From an uncultured Opitutales bacterium (GTDB lineage Bacteria; Verrucomicrobiota; Verrucomicrobiia; Opitutales; Intestinicryptomonadaceae), in the NCBI GenBank assembly GCA_934660865.1, contig CAKUIA010000013.1:46851-78850 (forward strand): a DNA stretch of 32,000 nucleotides, in the 5' to 3' direction. Below the pieces are notes generated by a model, which was not told where the DNA came from, searched no databases, and saw only the letters and a program-made list of their open reading frames with translations. A program made the translations under genes and the position numbers. Within the stretch, counting starts at the first letter, position 1. Each line of letters begins with the position of its first letter. This document shows, in pieces, positions 1 to 7,513 of this stretch.

Positions 1-157
1 CTTTTGCGAAAATCCTGCAAAGCTCCTCTTTTTGAAGGGGTTTGCCCGTTGCCGGGTTTATGGGCTTGGGCGTGCTTCTCGGCAAATCCGCCTCTATGTT
101 GTACCACTGTTTGGGCGTTTGCTCTTCGTCGAGTATGTATCTTACTTTGTTGTCCAT
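1..157 (-). CDS. TrpB-like PLP-dependent enzyme (TrpB2-type tryptophan synthase beta homologue). Only the N-terminal ~52 codons are present; the gene runs off the left edge.
   Basis: Not in the ORF track because it leaves the window. The reverse-strand ATG at 157-155 translates to MDNKVRYILDEEQTPKQWYNIEADLPRSTPKPINPATGKPLQKEELCRIFAK. This fits the conserved TrpB2 N-terminus (IPxxWYNIxxDLP..P..P.TG.P....L..IF). It lies 20 nt downstream of the preceding minus-strand gene. Confidence 0.6.
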   Translation of the reverse strand, partial: MDNKVRYILDEEQTPKQWYNIEADLPRSTPKPINPATGKPLQKEELCRIFAK

Positions 158-177
158 ATATCTAAAAATTTTGGTTG

Positions 178-549
178 TTATCTTGCAATTATCTGAACGG
201 CGCCCTGCTCGGTCGGCGACTTTTTCATGTCGAATACAATCTTTTCGGGAACGGCGCTTTTTTCGGGCGCGTTTTGGCTGTAGGCGGGGAACGACACTAC
301 CTGCGTGTTCAAATCAGCCTTTTGGGGCAACGCGGTGATAAGGGCGGGCTTTGCAAAGCAGCCAAATTCGTTTGTTTCAAACTCTATTTCAAGCGGCGCT
401 TCGCCCAAATTCAGCCCGTTTACTATAATCGGTGCGCCCTCGGGCACGCTCTGTATCGAAACTACCCTTGTTTCGTTTAGCCTTTCGGGAGTCGAACACG
501 CAAAAAGCAAAATTGCGGGCAACAAAAAAATTGTGTAAATTTTTCTCAT
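178..549 (-). CDS. PEGA-domain lipoprotein
   Basis: ATG at 549. The N-terminus MRKIYTIFLLPAILLFAC is a signal peptide plus lipobox (LFAC). The segment VSIQSVPEGAPIIVNG..LGEAPLEIEF matches the PEGA motif. Confidence 0.7.
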   Translation of the reverse strand: MRKIYTIFLLPAILLFACSTPERLNETRVVSIQSVPEGAPIIVNGLNLGEAPLEIEFETNEFGCFAKPALITALPQKADLNTQVVSFPAYSQNAPEKSAVPEKIVFDMKKSPTEQGAVQIIAR

Positions 550-600
550 AAAGCGTTAAATTCAAACAGCTATGATACGAAAAATCAACAACTAAAAACG

Positions 601-1821
601 CTACTTTGCCGCGGCCGCATTCAAGGTAAAGCGCCTTTTTAAAGAGCTTTGCAGCCGCGTATCGGCGTCGAACTGCATTGCATACGCCAAGTATCTTGCA
701 ACAAGGTCGTTGCGCAAATTTTTTGCAACCGAATTTTGCGCGACAATCCCCATAAGCCCCTTTACGGTGTTTTCCCTGTCGGCATTGCTTTTTATAAGCG
801 AGGCGTCTTTTGCGACTTTTCGGGCAAAATCCATTTGCGCTTCGCTTTGCATAAAATCCAAAATTTTTCTAAACGGCTTGTAGGTTCCGGTCGCAAAAAA
901 TTCGCCCCAAAGCAGGTCTATGTCGGCAACCGACAAGGTTGCGGAATACGCGTCGAAGGAAAAGTCGCACTCGTTTCTAAAATAGTTTTGGTAAAAAACC
1001 TCGTCGCGGCAAAGCCTGTTTTGCCCCACCGCTTTTGCGCCGCAAATCGCAAAAAGCGCAAGCGTTTTTATGCGCATATCCGGGTGCATTTTGTCGAAAT
1101 CTTCGTCGAGCTTTTCAAGCAAAAATTTGTGTTTTTTAAACGCAAATTTAAAAAATGAGCAGGCAAAGGGGTTAAAGCCGCGCCAATTACCCTTTAAAAA
1201 AAAGTTTAAGTCTTTGCAAAAAAATGCGGCGTATAAATTTTCGGGCGAAAAGTTTTGGTTAAAACCCGAATAAAAATCGGCAAGCGATTCTATTTTTATA
1301 TCGGGCCTTACCCACTCTTTTAGCGTAAATTTCGAGACGCACTGCGCAGTTTCGCGCGAAACGTAATTTTGCGCCGAAAATGTAATTTGGTAGTCGCCCG
1401 CAATATCCGACTTTTCCATTTGCACGGTAAACGAAAGGGGCAGCTCGATATAGCAGCCCGCCTTTTGCTGCACACCGCTAACGTAGTCGTCGAAAACCGC
1501 TTTCGCCGCGCTGTTGTCGCATTTCGAAACGGTTATAACGCATTTTATTTTAAAGGCGTCGCCGTCGTTTTTTGCCGCGTTATAGGCCATTGGCACATAC
1601 AAAAAATCCTCGCCGGCATATACCGTGTTTACATAGGCTATTTTCGCGGTATTAGGCGGCGACTTAAACCAATAGTCCATATTCTTGTCGCCGAGCGTAG
1701 TATACGAAACTACGCCGAATTTGCCGTTGTTGGCATCGGCATTGCCCGAATTTGCGTCGGCAAAAACCCCGCCGCCGAATGCGGCAAACGCCAATGCAAA
1801 CACTAACGCAAATCTACGCAT
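601..1821 (-). CDS. Exported protein of unknown function (406 aa)
   Basis: Signal peptide MRRFALVFALAFAAFGGGVFA. Its ATG overlaps the mcsB stop (ATGCGTAG, 8-nt overlap at 1814-1821). I recognise no family by eye. Confidence 0.7.
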   Translation of the reverse strand: MRRFALVFALAFAAFGGGVFADANSGNADANNGKFGVVSYTTLGDKNMDYWFKSPPNTAKIAYVNTVYAGEDFLYVPMAYNAAKNDGDAFKIKCVITVSKCDNSAAKAVFDDYVSGVQQKAGCYIELPLSFTVQMEKSDIAGDYQITFSAQNYVSRETAQCVSKFTLKEWVRPDIKIESLADFYSGFNQNFSPENLYAAFFCKDLNFFLKGNWRGFNPFACSFFKFAFKKHKFLLEKLDEDFDKMHPDMRIKTLALFAICGAKAVGQNRLCRDEVFYQNYFRNECDFSFDAYSATLSVADIDLLWGEFFATGTYKPFRKILDFMQSEAQMDFARKVAKDASLIKSNADRENTVKGLMGIVAQNSVAKNLRNDLVARYLAYAMQFDADTRLQSSLKRRFTLNAAAAK

Positions 1822-2923
1822 TTTTTGCGCGCTTTTTTGTCAACAAAGATTTGTCGAGCTTAAATACGGGGTCTTTTATAAAGCCCAAAGCCTTTTTTAT
1901 GTAAAGCGCCCTGAAAATGTCCCTTTCCTCGCTTGTCATATCGTAGCAGGCCGCCTCGCACATAAGGTGGGCGCACTGCACGCCAAGCATTAAAAAGTTT
2001 ACTATCTTGGCCTTGTTTTTCGTAAAATAGCCCATTGCAAAGCCCAGCCTTACCGCCGACAAGCACTCCAATGCCTCGGCCGAATTTATAAGCTCGCAAT
2101 ACAAAAGTTTGCCCCAGGCCCTGCCTATTTTGTCGAACAAAACCGCGGGGGTGTCTTTTAAGAGCTTTTTTCTGGCGTCCAGCTCGAAAGATTCAACCTT
2201 CTTTGCCATTTCGGTTACTTTTGCGATAATTTCGGCCTCCGAAAGCCCCATTGTGCGCTGGTTCGAAAGCTGGTACATAGAGCCAAGCGACTCGCTGCCC
2301 TCGCCGTTTGCGCCCCTTATTACTATGCCAAGCTGCGCAAGCCCGCGGGCGATTTTCTCGATTAAGTCCGACATTTCAAGCGCGGGCAAATGTAGCATAA
2401 CCGACGCCCTCATACCCGTGCCCGCATTGCTGGGGCACCCGGTTAAATAGCCGTATTTTTCGGAAACCGCATAGCTTAGTTTGCCCTCAAGCTCGCTGTC
2501 GAATTCGTCCAGTTTTTGCCAAATTTTGTCGAGCGACAAGCCCTGCTGTATAGACTGTATCCTTAAATGGTCCTCCTCGTTTACCATAACAACGCAGTCG
2601 AGGTTTTTCGACATAAACACGCCGCCGACTTTGTTTTTATTTTCGCAAAGCTCCTTGCTTATAAGCCTGCATTCGAGTAAAAAAAGGCGCTCGCTGTCGG
2701 TTAAATCCGACATCGCAAAAATCTTTGCGCCCCTGCCTTTTTTTGTGTTTTTTAGGGCGTTGCAAACCGTTTGGTACACATTCTCAAGTTCGTCTTTCGA
2801 CGCCGACGAGATGAATTTTGCGTCGGACAAATTGCGGGCGAGCCTTATGCGCGAGCTTACAATTACGGGGGTTTCGTTTATATTGTATATTCCCGCATCG
2901 TTTTCTATCAAAAATTTTATCAT
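1814..2923 (-). CDS. mcsB: Protein arginine kinase McsB (ATP:guanido phosphotransferase family)
   Basis: 369 aa. Motifs seen: SSRIRLARN, NEEDHLRIQ, GYLTGCPSNAGTGMRASVMLHLPAL, RGANGEGSE..YQLSNQ. The C-terminal LSAVRLG region is collinear with Bacillus McsB. Confidence 0.9.
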   Translation of the reverse strand: MIKFLIENDAGIYNINETPVIVSSRIRLARNLSDAKFISSASKDELENVYQTVCNALKNTKKGRGAKIFAMSDLTDSERLFLLECRLISKELCENKNKVGGVFMSKNLDCVVMVNEEDHLRIQSIQQGLSLDKIWQKLDEFDSELEGKLSYAVSEKYGYLTGCPSNAGTGMRASVMLHLPALEMSDLIEKIARGLAQLGIVIRGANGEGSESLGSMYQLSNQRTMGLSEAEIIAKVTEMAKKVESFELDARKKLLKDTPAVLFDKIGRAWGKLLYCELINSAEALECLSAVRLGFAMGYFTKNKAKIVNFLMLGVQCAHLMCEAACYDMTSEERDIFRALYIKKALGFIKDPVFKLDKSLLTKKRAKNA

Positions 2924-3450
2924 TACTTTTTCGGGCTTGTGGGTTTTAGCTCTTTTATTTTGTCGCGCAATACGGCGGCGTCTTCGTAGCGCTCTTCGGC
3001 TACGGCCTCGTTAAGCTGCTCGTTAAGGTTTTTAAGCAGATTTTTTGGAATCTTTTTTTCGAGAACTTTGGGCATTTTGCCGCAATGCCTGTTCGAGCCG
3101 TGCATTTGCATTAAAATTTCGTCGAACTTGTCGGCAAAGGCCTCGTAGCAATACGCGCACGAAACCCTGCCCGTCTTTTCGAAATGCGAAAATTCGGCCT
3201 CGCAATTCGGGCATTTTTTTGCGGCCGAACTCCTTTCGGGCTGCTTACCGCTTTCGCTTTCGGCGGTGTCTAAGGGCACATTCTGAGCCTGCCCCAAAGC
3301 CACTTGCGTGTTTACCAATGCCTCTATCTGCGCAGGGTTTTCCTTTGCGCATTTTTCGCACAAATGAATTTTAAACTTCTGTCCGTTTATAATTTTGGTT
3401 ATGTGAACAGTAGCCTTTTTTCCGCAAATGTCGCACTTGTAATCCGCCAT
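2923..3450 (-). CDS. mcsA: McsA-type activator of protein arginine kinase (two Cys4 zinc-finger pairs plus a UVR domain)
   Basis: The first zinc-finger pair is CDICGKKATVHITKI..G.K...HLCEKCAKE. The second pair is CPNCEAEFSHFEKTGRVSCAYCYEAF. A C-terminal UVR-like EERYEDAAVLRDKIKEL is present. The stop shares TAATG with the mcsB start. Confidence 0.85.
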   Translation of the reverse strand: MADYKCDICGKKATVHITKIINGQKFKIHLCEKCAKENPAQIEALVNTQVALGQAQNVPLDTAESESGKQPERSSAAKKCPNCEAEFSHFEKTGRVSCAYCYEAFADKFDEILMQMHGSNRHCGKMPKVLEKKIPKNLLKNLNEQLNEAVAEERYEDAAVLRDKIKELKPTSPKK

Positions 3451-3457
3451 AGTTCTA

Positions 3458-4999
3458 CTACATTTTCAACAGTTCTTCGGCAGAAGGTATGTCGCGTATA
3501 ATCTGCGAGGGCATCGGGCCTACGCCTATATACCTTAAATTCGGAATGCGCGTTGGCTCTTTTCCCCTGTTTGCCAACCTTACAATGGTCTTAAAGCAAA
3601 ATACGACATAGTCTTTAGCCTCTTTAGGCAAATCGGCAAAACTGCGCACGTTTGAAATGTCTTTTGTAAAGGGCTTTAATTTGGCGTATACGGGAACAAG
3701 CTTTTTCCTTAGCGTGTCGTTGCGGGGAACATACTCGTACTCCTTGCCGGTTTGCGGGTCTTTATAGGCAACGCAAACATTCAAATCTTCCCAGCCTTCC
3801 TCGCATTTAAGGGCGTCTAGCTTGTTTATTATAAGGTCGTCGTAGCCGCCGTAGCGCAGGGTGTCGGCCTTTTCGACGCAGTCGAACCAGCCCACCATGC
3901 GCTGGCGCCCCGTGCTTGTACCGAACTCAAGCTTTTTAAGCTTTTGCGTAAGGGGCTTTTCGTCGTCCATTTTTGTAAGGAACAAGTGCGTTCCCACTTT
4001 TGTGTCGTACGCCTTGCAGCACCCCAAAGTGTGCACGGGCATTACGGGCAAGGCCGCGCTTTGGAAAAACTCGGGAACCGTTGTATGCGACGCCGTAACA
4101 TTGGGCGCAAAACCGTGGCGTTTGTCCAGCCAATAGGCCTGGCCGAATTCGCCTATTATGTAGCGGCCCTCCTCCAAAACCTTTTGGCAAAGCTCGCGCA
4201 CGTCGGCAATGTTTTTGGCCAATTTTTGCCCGGCGTTCCAATAAACTTTAACCGTTTTTTCGATATCCAATTCGAAGGGTTTTTTGCCCTTGAATACCGA
4301 AAAGTCGAATTCGGACTTGTCGAACACACCCTGCTCTATTGCGGCGGCGTTCGCCCTAAGCTCCGCATTTGTAAGTATGTCGAAAAATCCGTCCCAATCG
4401 CTTTCTGAAACCTTGCAAACATACTTTATAGTGTCGCAAGCCCTAAGCAGCTGCCCCGACAGTTTCTTTTCGAAATCGGCATAATCGCCGAGAAAATCGC
4501 TATACCAAATTTGGAACTGGCCGACTTCGTCCATATACGAGGGGGTTATGCCCCTGCCCGTAGAGCCGCGGGGGGCTTCCTTTAAAACGTTGACCCTGTA
4601 TTTTTCCCAGGCCAAATCCAAAAGCCTGTGGCCTACGTCGCTTAAAAGCGTGCGCTCGTCTATAACAAGCCTCGAAAAGATGTTATAGCCCTGTCTTTCG
4701 AGCGGTTCGCCCTCCCAAATAAACTTGCGCGGGTCGGCAACAACGCCGCAGCCGATAGCCAAAAACTCTACCGACTTTTCTATCACGCCAGCAGGCAAAA
4801 GGTTAAGTTTTACGTTGCCCGCCGTATGCCCCGAATTTGCGCCGCCGTTTACTTTTATAACTATGCCGGCAATGTCGTCCTTTTTGGTTTGAGACTTTAA
4901 TTCGTCTATTACTTCGTATACGAGACGGCCTTTGCCTTCGTCGCCCATGCTGATGCCCGTGTCGGCAATCAACTGACTTTTAAATTTTGTCAACGCCAT
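3458..4999 (-). CDS. purA: Adenylosuccinate synthetase-like protein, long divergent form (513 aa)
   Basis: All AdSS blocks are visible: GDEGKGR, NGGANSGHT, GSTGRGITPSY, FGQAYWLD, YDTKVG, GTSTGRQRMVGWFD, INKLDAL. It is about 80 aa longer than canonical ~430-aa PurA, with extra sequence between the blocks. Its stop lies 7 nt upstream of the mcsA start. Confidence 0.7.
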   Translation of the reverse strand: MALTKFKSQLIADTGISMGDEGKGRLVYEVIDELKSQTKKDDIAGIVIKVNGGANSGHTAGNVKLNLLPAGVIEKSVEFLAIGCGVVADPRKFIWEGEPLERQGYNIFSRLVIDERTLLSDVGHRLLDLAWEKYRVNVLKEAPRGSTGRGITPSYMDEVGQFQIWYSDFLGDYADFEKKLSGQLLRACDTIKYVCKVSESDWDGFFDILTNAELRANAAAIEQGVFDKSEFDFSVFKGKKPFELDIEKTVKVYWNAGQKLAKNIADVRELCQKVLEEGRYIIGEFGQAYWLDKRHGFAPNVTASHTTVPEFFQSAALPVMPVHTLGCCKAYDTKVGTHLFLTKMDDEKPLTQKLKKLEFGTSTGRQRMVGWFDCVEKADTLRYGGYDDLIINKLDALKCEEGWEDLNVCVAYKDPQTGKEYEYVPRNDTLRKKLVPVYAKLKPFTKDISNVRSFADLPKEAKDYVVFCFKTIVRLANRGKEPTRIPNLRYIGVGPMPSQIIRDIPSAEELLKM

Positions 5000-5097
5000 A
5001 TTTTTAAAGTATATTATGATTCCGTTAAAAATAAACTTTCAGTTAATCCTATAAAAATCGTCTTGTAAAGCTTTCTTTATTATGTATTTTTTGCGTT

Positions 5098-6396
5098 ATG
5101 AACTTAAGACAATTCGTATATATGATTTCGGCGGCGCTAATTGCGTTGCCTTGTTTTGATTCTTTTGCGCAAAGCGCGCATTCAAAAACGCCGATGATAA
5201 AAAGCTGCAAGGGCCTTGTAGTTACCGGTTATCAGGGCTGGTTTAGAACCCCAAACGACAACAGCCGCCGCGGCTGGGTGCACTGGAACGGCAAACTTAG
5301 GGAATTTTCGCCGAGAAGCTGCACCATAGACTTTTGGCCGTATACAAAGGAATACGAAAAGCTGTACGACACGGGCTTTACAAACCCCGACGGCACTGTT
5401 GCCCAGGTATTTAGCTCGTACGACTACTCTACCGTAGACACCCACTTTAAGTGGATGAAGCAATACGGCATAGACGCCGCTTTCATGCAGAGATTTTACG
5501 GAGCTACCGTCCACAACCCCAACGACGGGCGAACCGTTATAGGCAACGCCTACAAAGCCGCGCAAAAATACGGGGTGGGCATAATGGTTATGTACGACAT
5601 TTCGGGTATGCCCAAAGGCGAAGTAGCCCAAAAGCTTATCGACGACTGGAAATATTTTGTAGACACCGTAAAGATAACGGGAGGCGACAACAACGTATAT
5701 GTAAGGCACAACAACAAACCCCTTGTATGTGTTTGGGGCATAGGCTTTAACGATAGGCATTTTTCGCCCGAAGAAAGCGACATAAACAAGTTTTTCGACT
5801 TCTTAAAGAACGACGAAAGATACGGCAACTGCTCTATAATGATAGGCGTGCCAACGGGCTGGCGCACTCTGGATACCGACTGCATAAAAAACCCGAAGTT
5901 GCACGAATTTTTAAAGAAGTATGCCGACATTATTTCGCCCTGGAATATAGGCAGGTACAGCATGAAAAACGGCGTGCACCGCTGGTCTAAGGGCGAATTG
6001 ACAAAAATGGTCGAAAAGGACATAGCCTGGTGCGAGGAAAAAAACAAAAGCTACATGCCCACAATATACCCCGGCTTTTCGTGGTACAATTTGCAGAAAG
6101 TTGAAGGCTTAACGAACAATGCCCGCCTAAACCAAATCCCGCGCGAAAAGGGCAAATTCTTCTGGAATATGGCGGCCCAGGCGGTTGAAGGCGGAGCCGA
6201 AATGCTCTATTATTCGATGTTCGACGAAGTTGACGAAGGCACTGCAATCTTCAAAATATCGAATACCCCGCCCTCTACCGAAGGCTGCCCCTTTGCCGAC
6301 TTAGAGGGTATGCCCGAAGACCACTACCTGTTCCTTGCAGGCAAGGCAAAGGAAATGCTTAAAAGCGGCTCGGCTTTGCCAATGCCGAAAAGATAA
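5098..6396 (+). CDS. Secreted glycoside-hydrolase-like protein (Trp-rich TIM-barrel type); family not assignable by eye
   Basis: Signal peptide MNLRQFVYMISAALIALPCFDSFAQS. Motifs include GYQGWF, VCVWGIGF, ISPWNIGRY, YPGFSW and MFDEVDEGTAIFK. These recall GH99/GH71-like and 'xylosidase/arabinosidase'-annotated proteins. Confidence 0.55.
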   Translation: MNLRQFVYMISAALIALPCFDSFAQSAHSKTPMIKSCKGLVVTGYQGWFRTPNDNSRRGWVHWNGKLREFSPRSCTIDFWPYTKEYEKLYDTGFTNPDGTVAQVFSSYDYSTVDTHFKWMKQYGIDAAFMQRFYGATVHNPNDGRTVIGNAYKAAQKYGVGIMVMYDISGMPKGEVAQKLIDDWKYFVDTVKITGGDNNVYVRHNNKPLVCVWGIGFNDRHFSPEESDINKFFDFLKNDERYGNCSIMIGVPTGWRTLDTDCIKNPKLHEFLKKYADIISPWNIGRYSMKNGVHRWSKGELTKMVEKDIAWCEEKNKSYMPTIYPGFSWYNLQKVEGLTNNARLNQIPREKGKFFWNMAAQAVEGGAEMLYYSMFDEVDEGTAIFKISNTPPSTEGCPFADLEGMPEDHYLFLAGKAKEMLKSGSALPMPKR

Positions 6397-6419
6397 ATAC
6401 CGCAAAGCACAAAACAAAA

Positions 6420-6457
6420 ACGGCGCAAAGAAAAAATCCCCTTTGTGCCGTTTTTTT
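6420..6457. terminator. Bidirectional intrinsic terminator between convergent genes
   Basis: ACGGCGCAAAG (6420-6430) pairs with CTTTGTGCCGT (6441-6451), with one G-U pair and a 10-nt loop. A T7 run follows on the plus strand, and TTTTTGTTTT follows on the minus strand. Confidence 0.75.
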
Positions 6458-6482
6458 GCAAACATAACCCTATGCAAAGCAC

Positions 6483-7466
6483 CTAGCGGGTAATTACAAC
6501 CTTGCCGCCCCTTTGCGACATTGCCGCAACTTTCAGCGCCTCTTTTATGTCTTTAAGCTGAAACCTTGCAGAAACGGGAGCCTTTAGCTTGCCCGCCTTT
6601 ATGTAGCCGAAAATTTCGTCAAGCACCTTTTGTATTTCGTCTTTTGTGTGGATGCGCTGCCACTTGTCCCACCAAAAGCCCCTAAGGCGCAAATCGTTGA
6701 AAATCAAAAATCTGGTCGGGAACCTTACGGGCTCGCCCGTCATGCCGCCTACGGTTACAACCGTGCCGGAATCGGCCATAACTTTTATCATATTCGAAAC
6801 GCTGTTGCCGCCTATTTGGTTTAGGCCAAGTTTGGGCAATGGATACGTTGCCCTAATCTTTTTGTAGTCGAACTCGGCTTCGTCTACAACAACCGTTGCC
6901 CCTATGTCTTTCAACGCTTTTTCCCTTTCCTTTGCGTTGCGCAGCATATTTATGGTGTTGATTTTTCTTTCGGCGCAAAGCTGAATCATAAAATAGCCGA
7001 GCGCGCTCGAAGCCCCGTTTTGTATAATCCAGTCGCCCTCCTTTAACCCGCAAAAATCGCGCAGCACGCGCAAAGCCGTGGGCGGGTTTATAAAGGCCAT
7101 GCACGCGGCGTCGTAGTCTACGCCCTCGGGCACGCTGTATAGCGAATCGGCGTCAGCCACGCAATATTCGCGCCAAGCCCCCTGTTCGGGCGGCATTCTT
7201 ACAATGTCGCCAACCTTTAGGCTGCAAACGTTTTTGCCTACGGCTTCAATTTGCCCAATACCCTCGCGCCCGGCAACTGCGGGCAGCTTTTTTAGCGTGC
7301 CGTACGAGCCGCCAATCATGCCCATATCCGACGGGTTTATAACCGCCCTTAAAAATTTTACAAGAACCTGGGTTTCGCCCATTTCCTCGAGATTTATTTC
7401 GCTATAGTTTACCTCTTGCGACGGCGTTCCGTATGCGTTGTAGACGGCGGCGAATGTAGTTTTCAT
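6483..7466 (-). CDS. MDR-superfamily 2-enoyl thioester reductase (Etr1/MECR-like) or quinone-oxidoreductase-like protein
   Basis: 327 aa. Motifs seen: INPSDMGMIGGSYG..LPAVAGREG, KVGDIV, NGASSALG (NADPH-binding loop), and the C-terminal LRLRGFWWDKW typical of the MECR/Etr1 subgroup. Confidence 0.65.
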   Translation of the reverse strand: MKTTFAAVYNAYGTPSQEVNYSEINLEEMGETQVLVKFLRAVINPSDMGMIGGSYGTLKKLPAVAGREGIGQIEAVGKNVCSLKVGDIVRMPPEQGAWREYCVADADSLYSVPEGVDYDAACMAFINPPTALRVLRDFCGLKEGDWIIQNGASSALGYFMIQLCAERKINTINMLRNAKEREKALKDIGATVVVDEAEFDYKKIRATYPLPKLGLNQIGGNSVSNMIKVMADSGTVVTVGGMTGEPVRFPTRFLIFNDLRLRGFWWDKWQRIHTKDEIQKVLDEIFGYIKAGKLKAPVSARFQLKDIKEALKVAAMSQRGGKVVITR

Positions 7467-7513
7467 AATTTGCTATTGTGTATTTTGTTTAAATGCTATT
7501 CTTTTGTAGGGGT

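Noticed and set aside
3458-4999. The idea that the divergent PurA-like protein is a PurZ-type (2-aminoadenine pathway) enzyme
   Set aside because: The GDEGKG Asp, the Asp-binding TGRxR block and the NKLD guanine-specificity motif are all PurA-like. There are also no phage genes nearby. I found no sequence support for PurZ.
5182-6047. Two long antisense ORFs (192 and 165 aa) inside the 5098-6396 gene
   Set aside because: They are opposite a gene with a signal peptide and conserved blocks. Their products are low-complexity and lack motifs. This is a typical shadow-ORF artefact. The same reasoning applies to 28171-28710 (antisense to rubrerythrin) and 10347-10819.
7467-7513. A very short (26-47 nt) divergent intergenic region between the enoyl reductase and M3 peptidase genes, as a possible special regulatory site
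   Set aside because: I saw no repeat or palindrome in it. Promoters probably extend into the neighbouring coding sequences, so nothing beyond compact gene packing can be supported.
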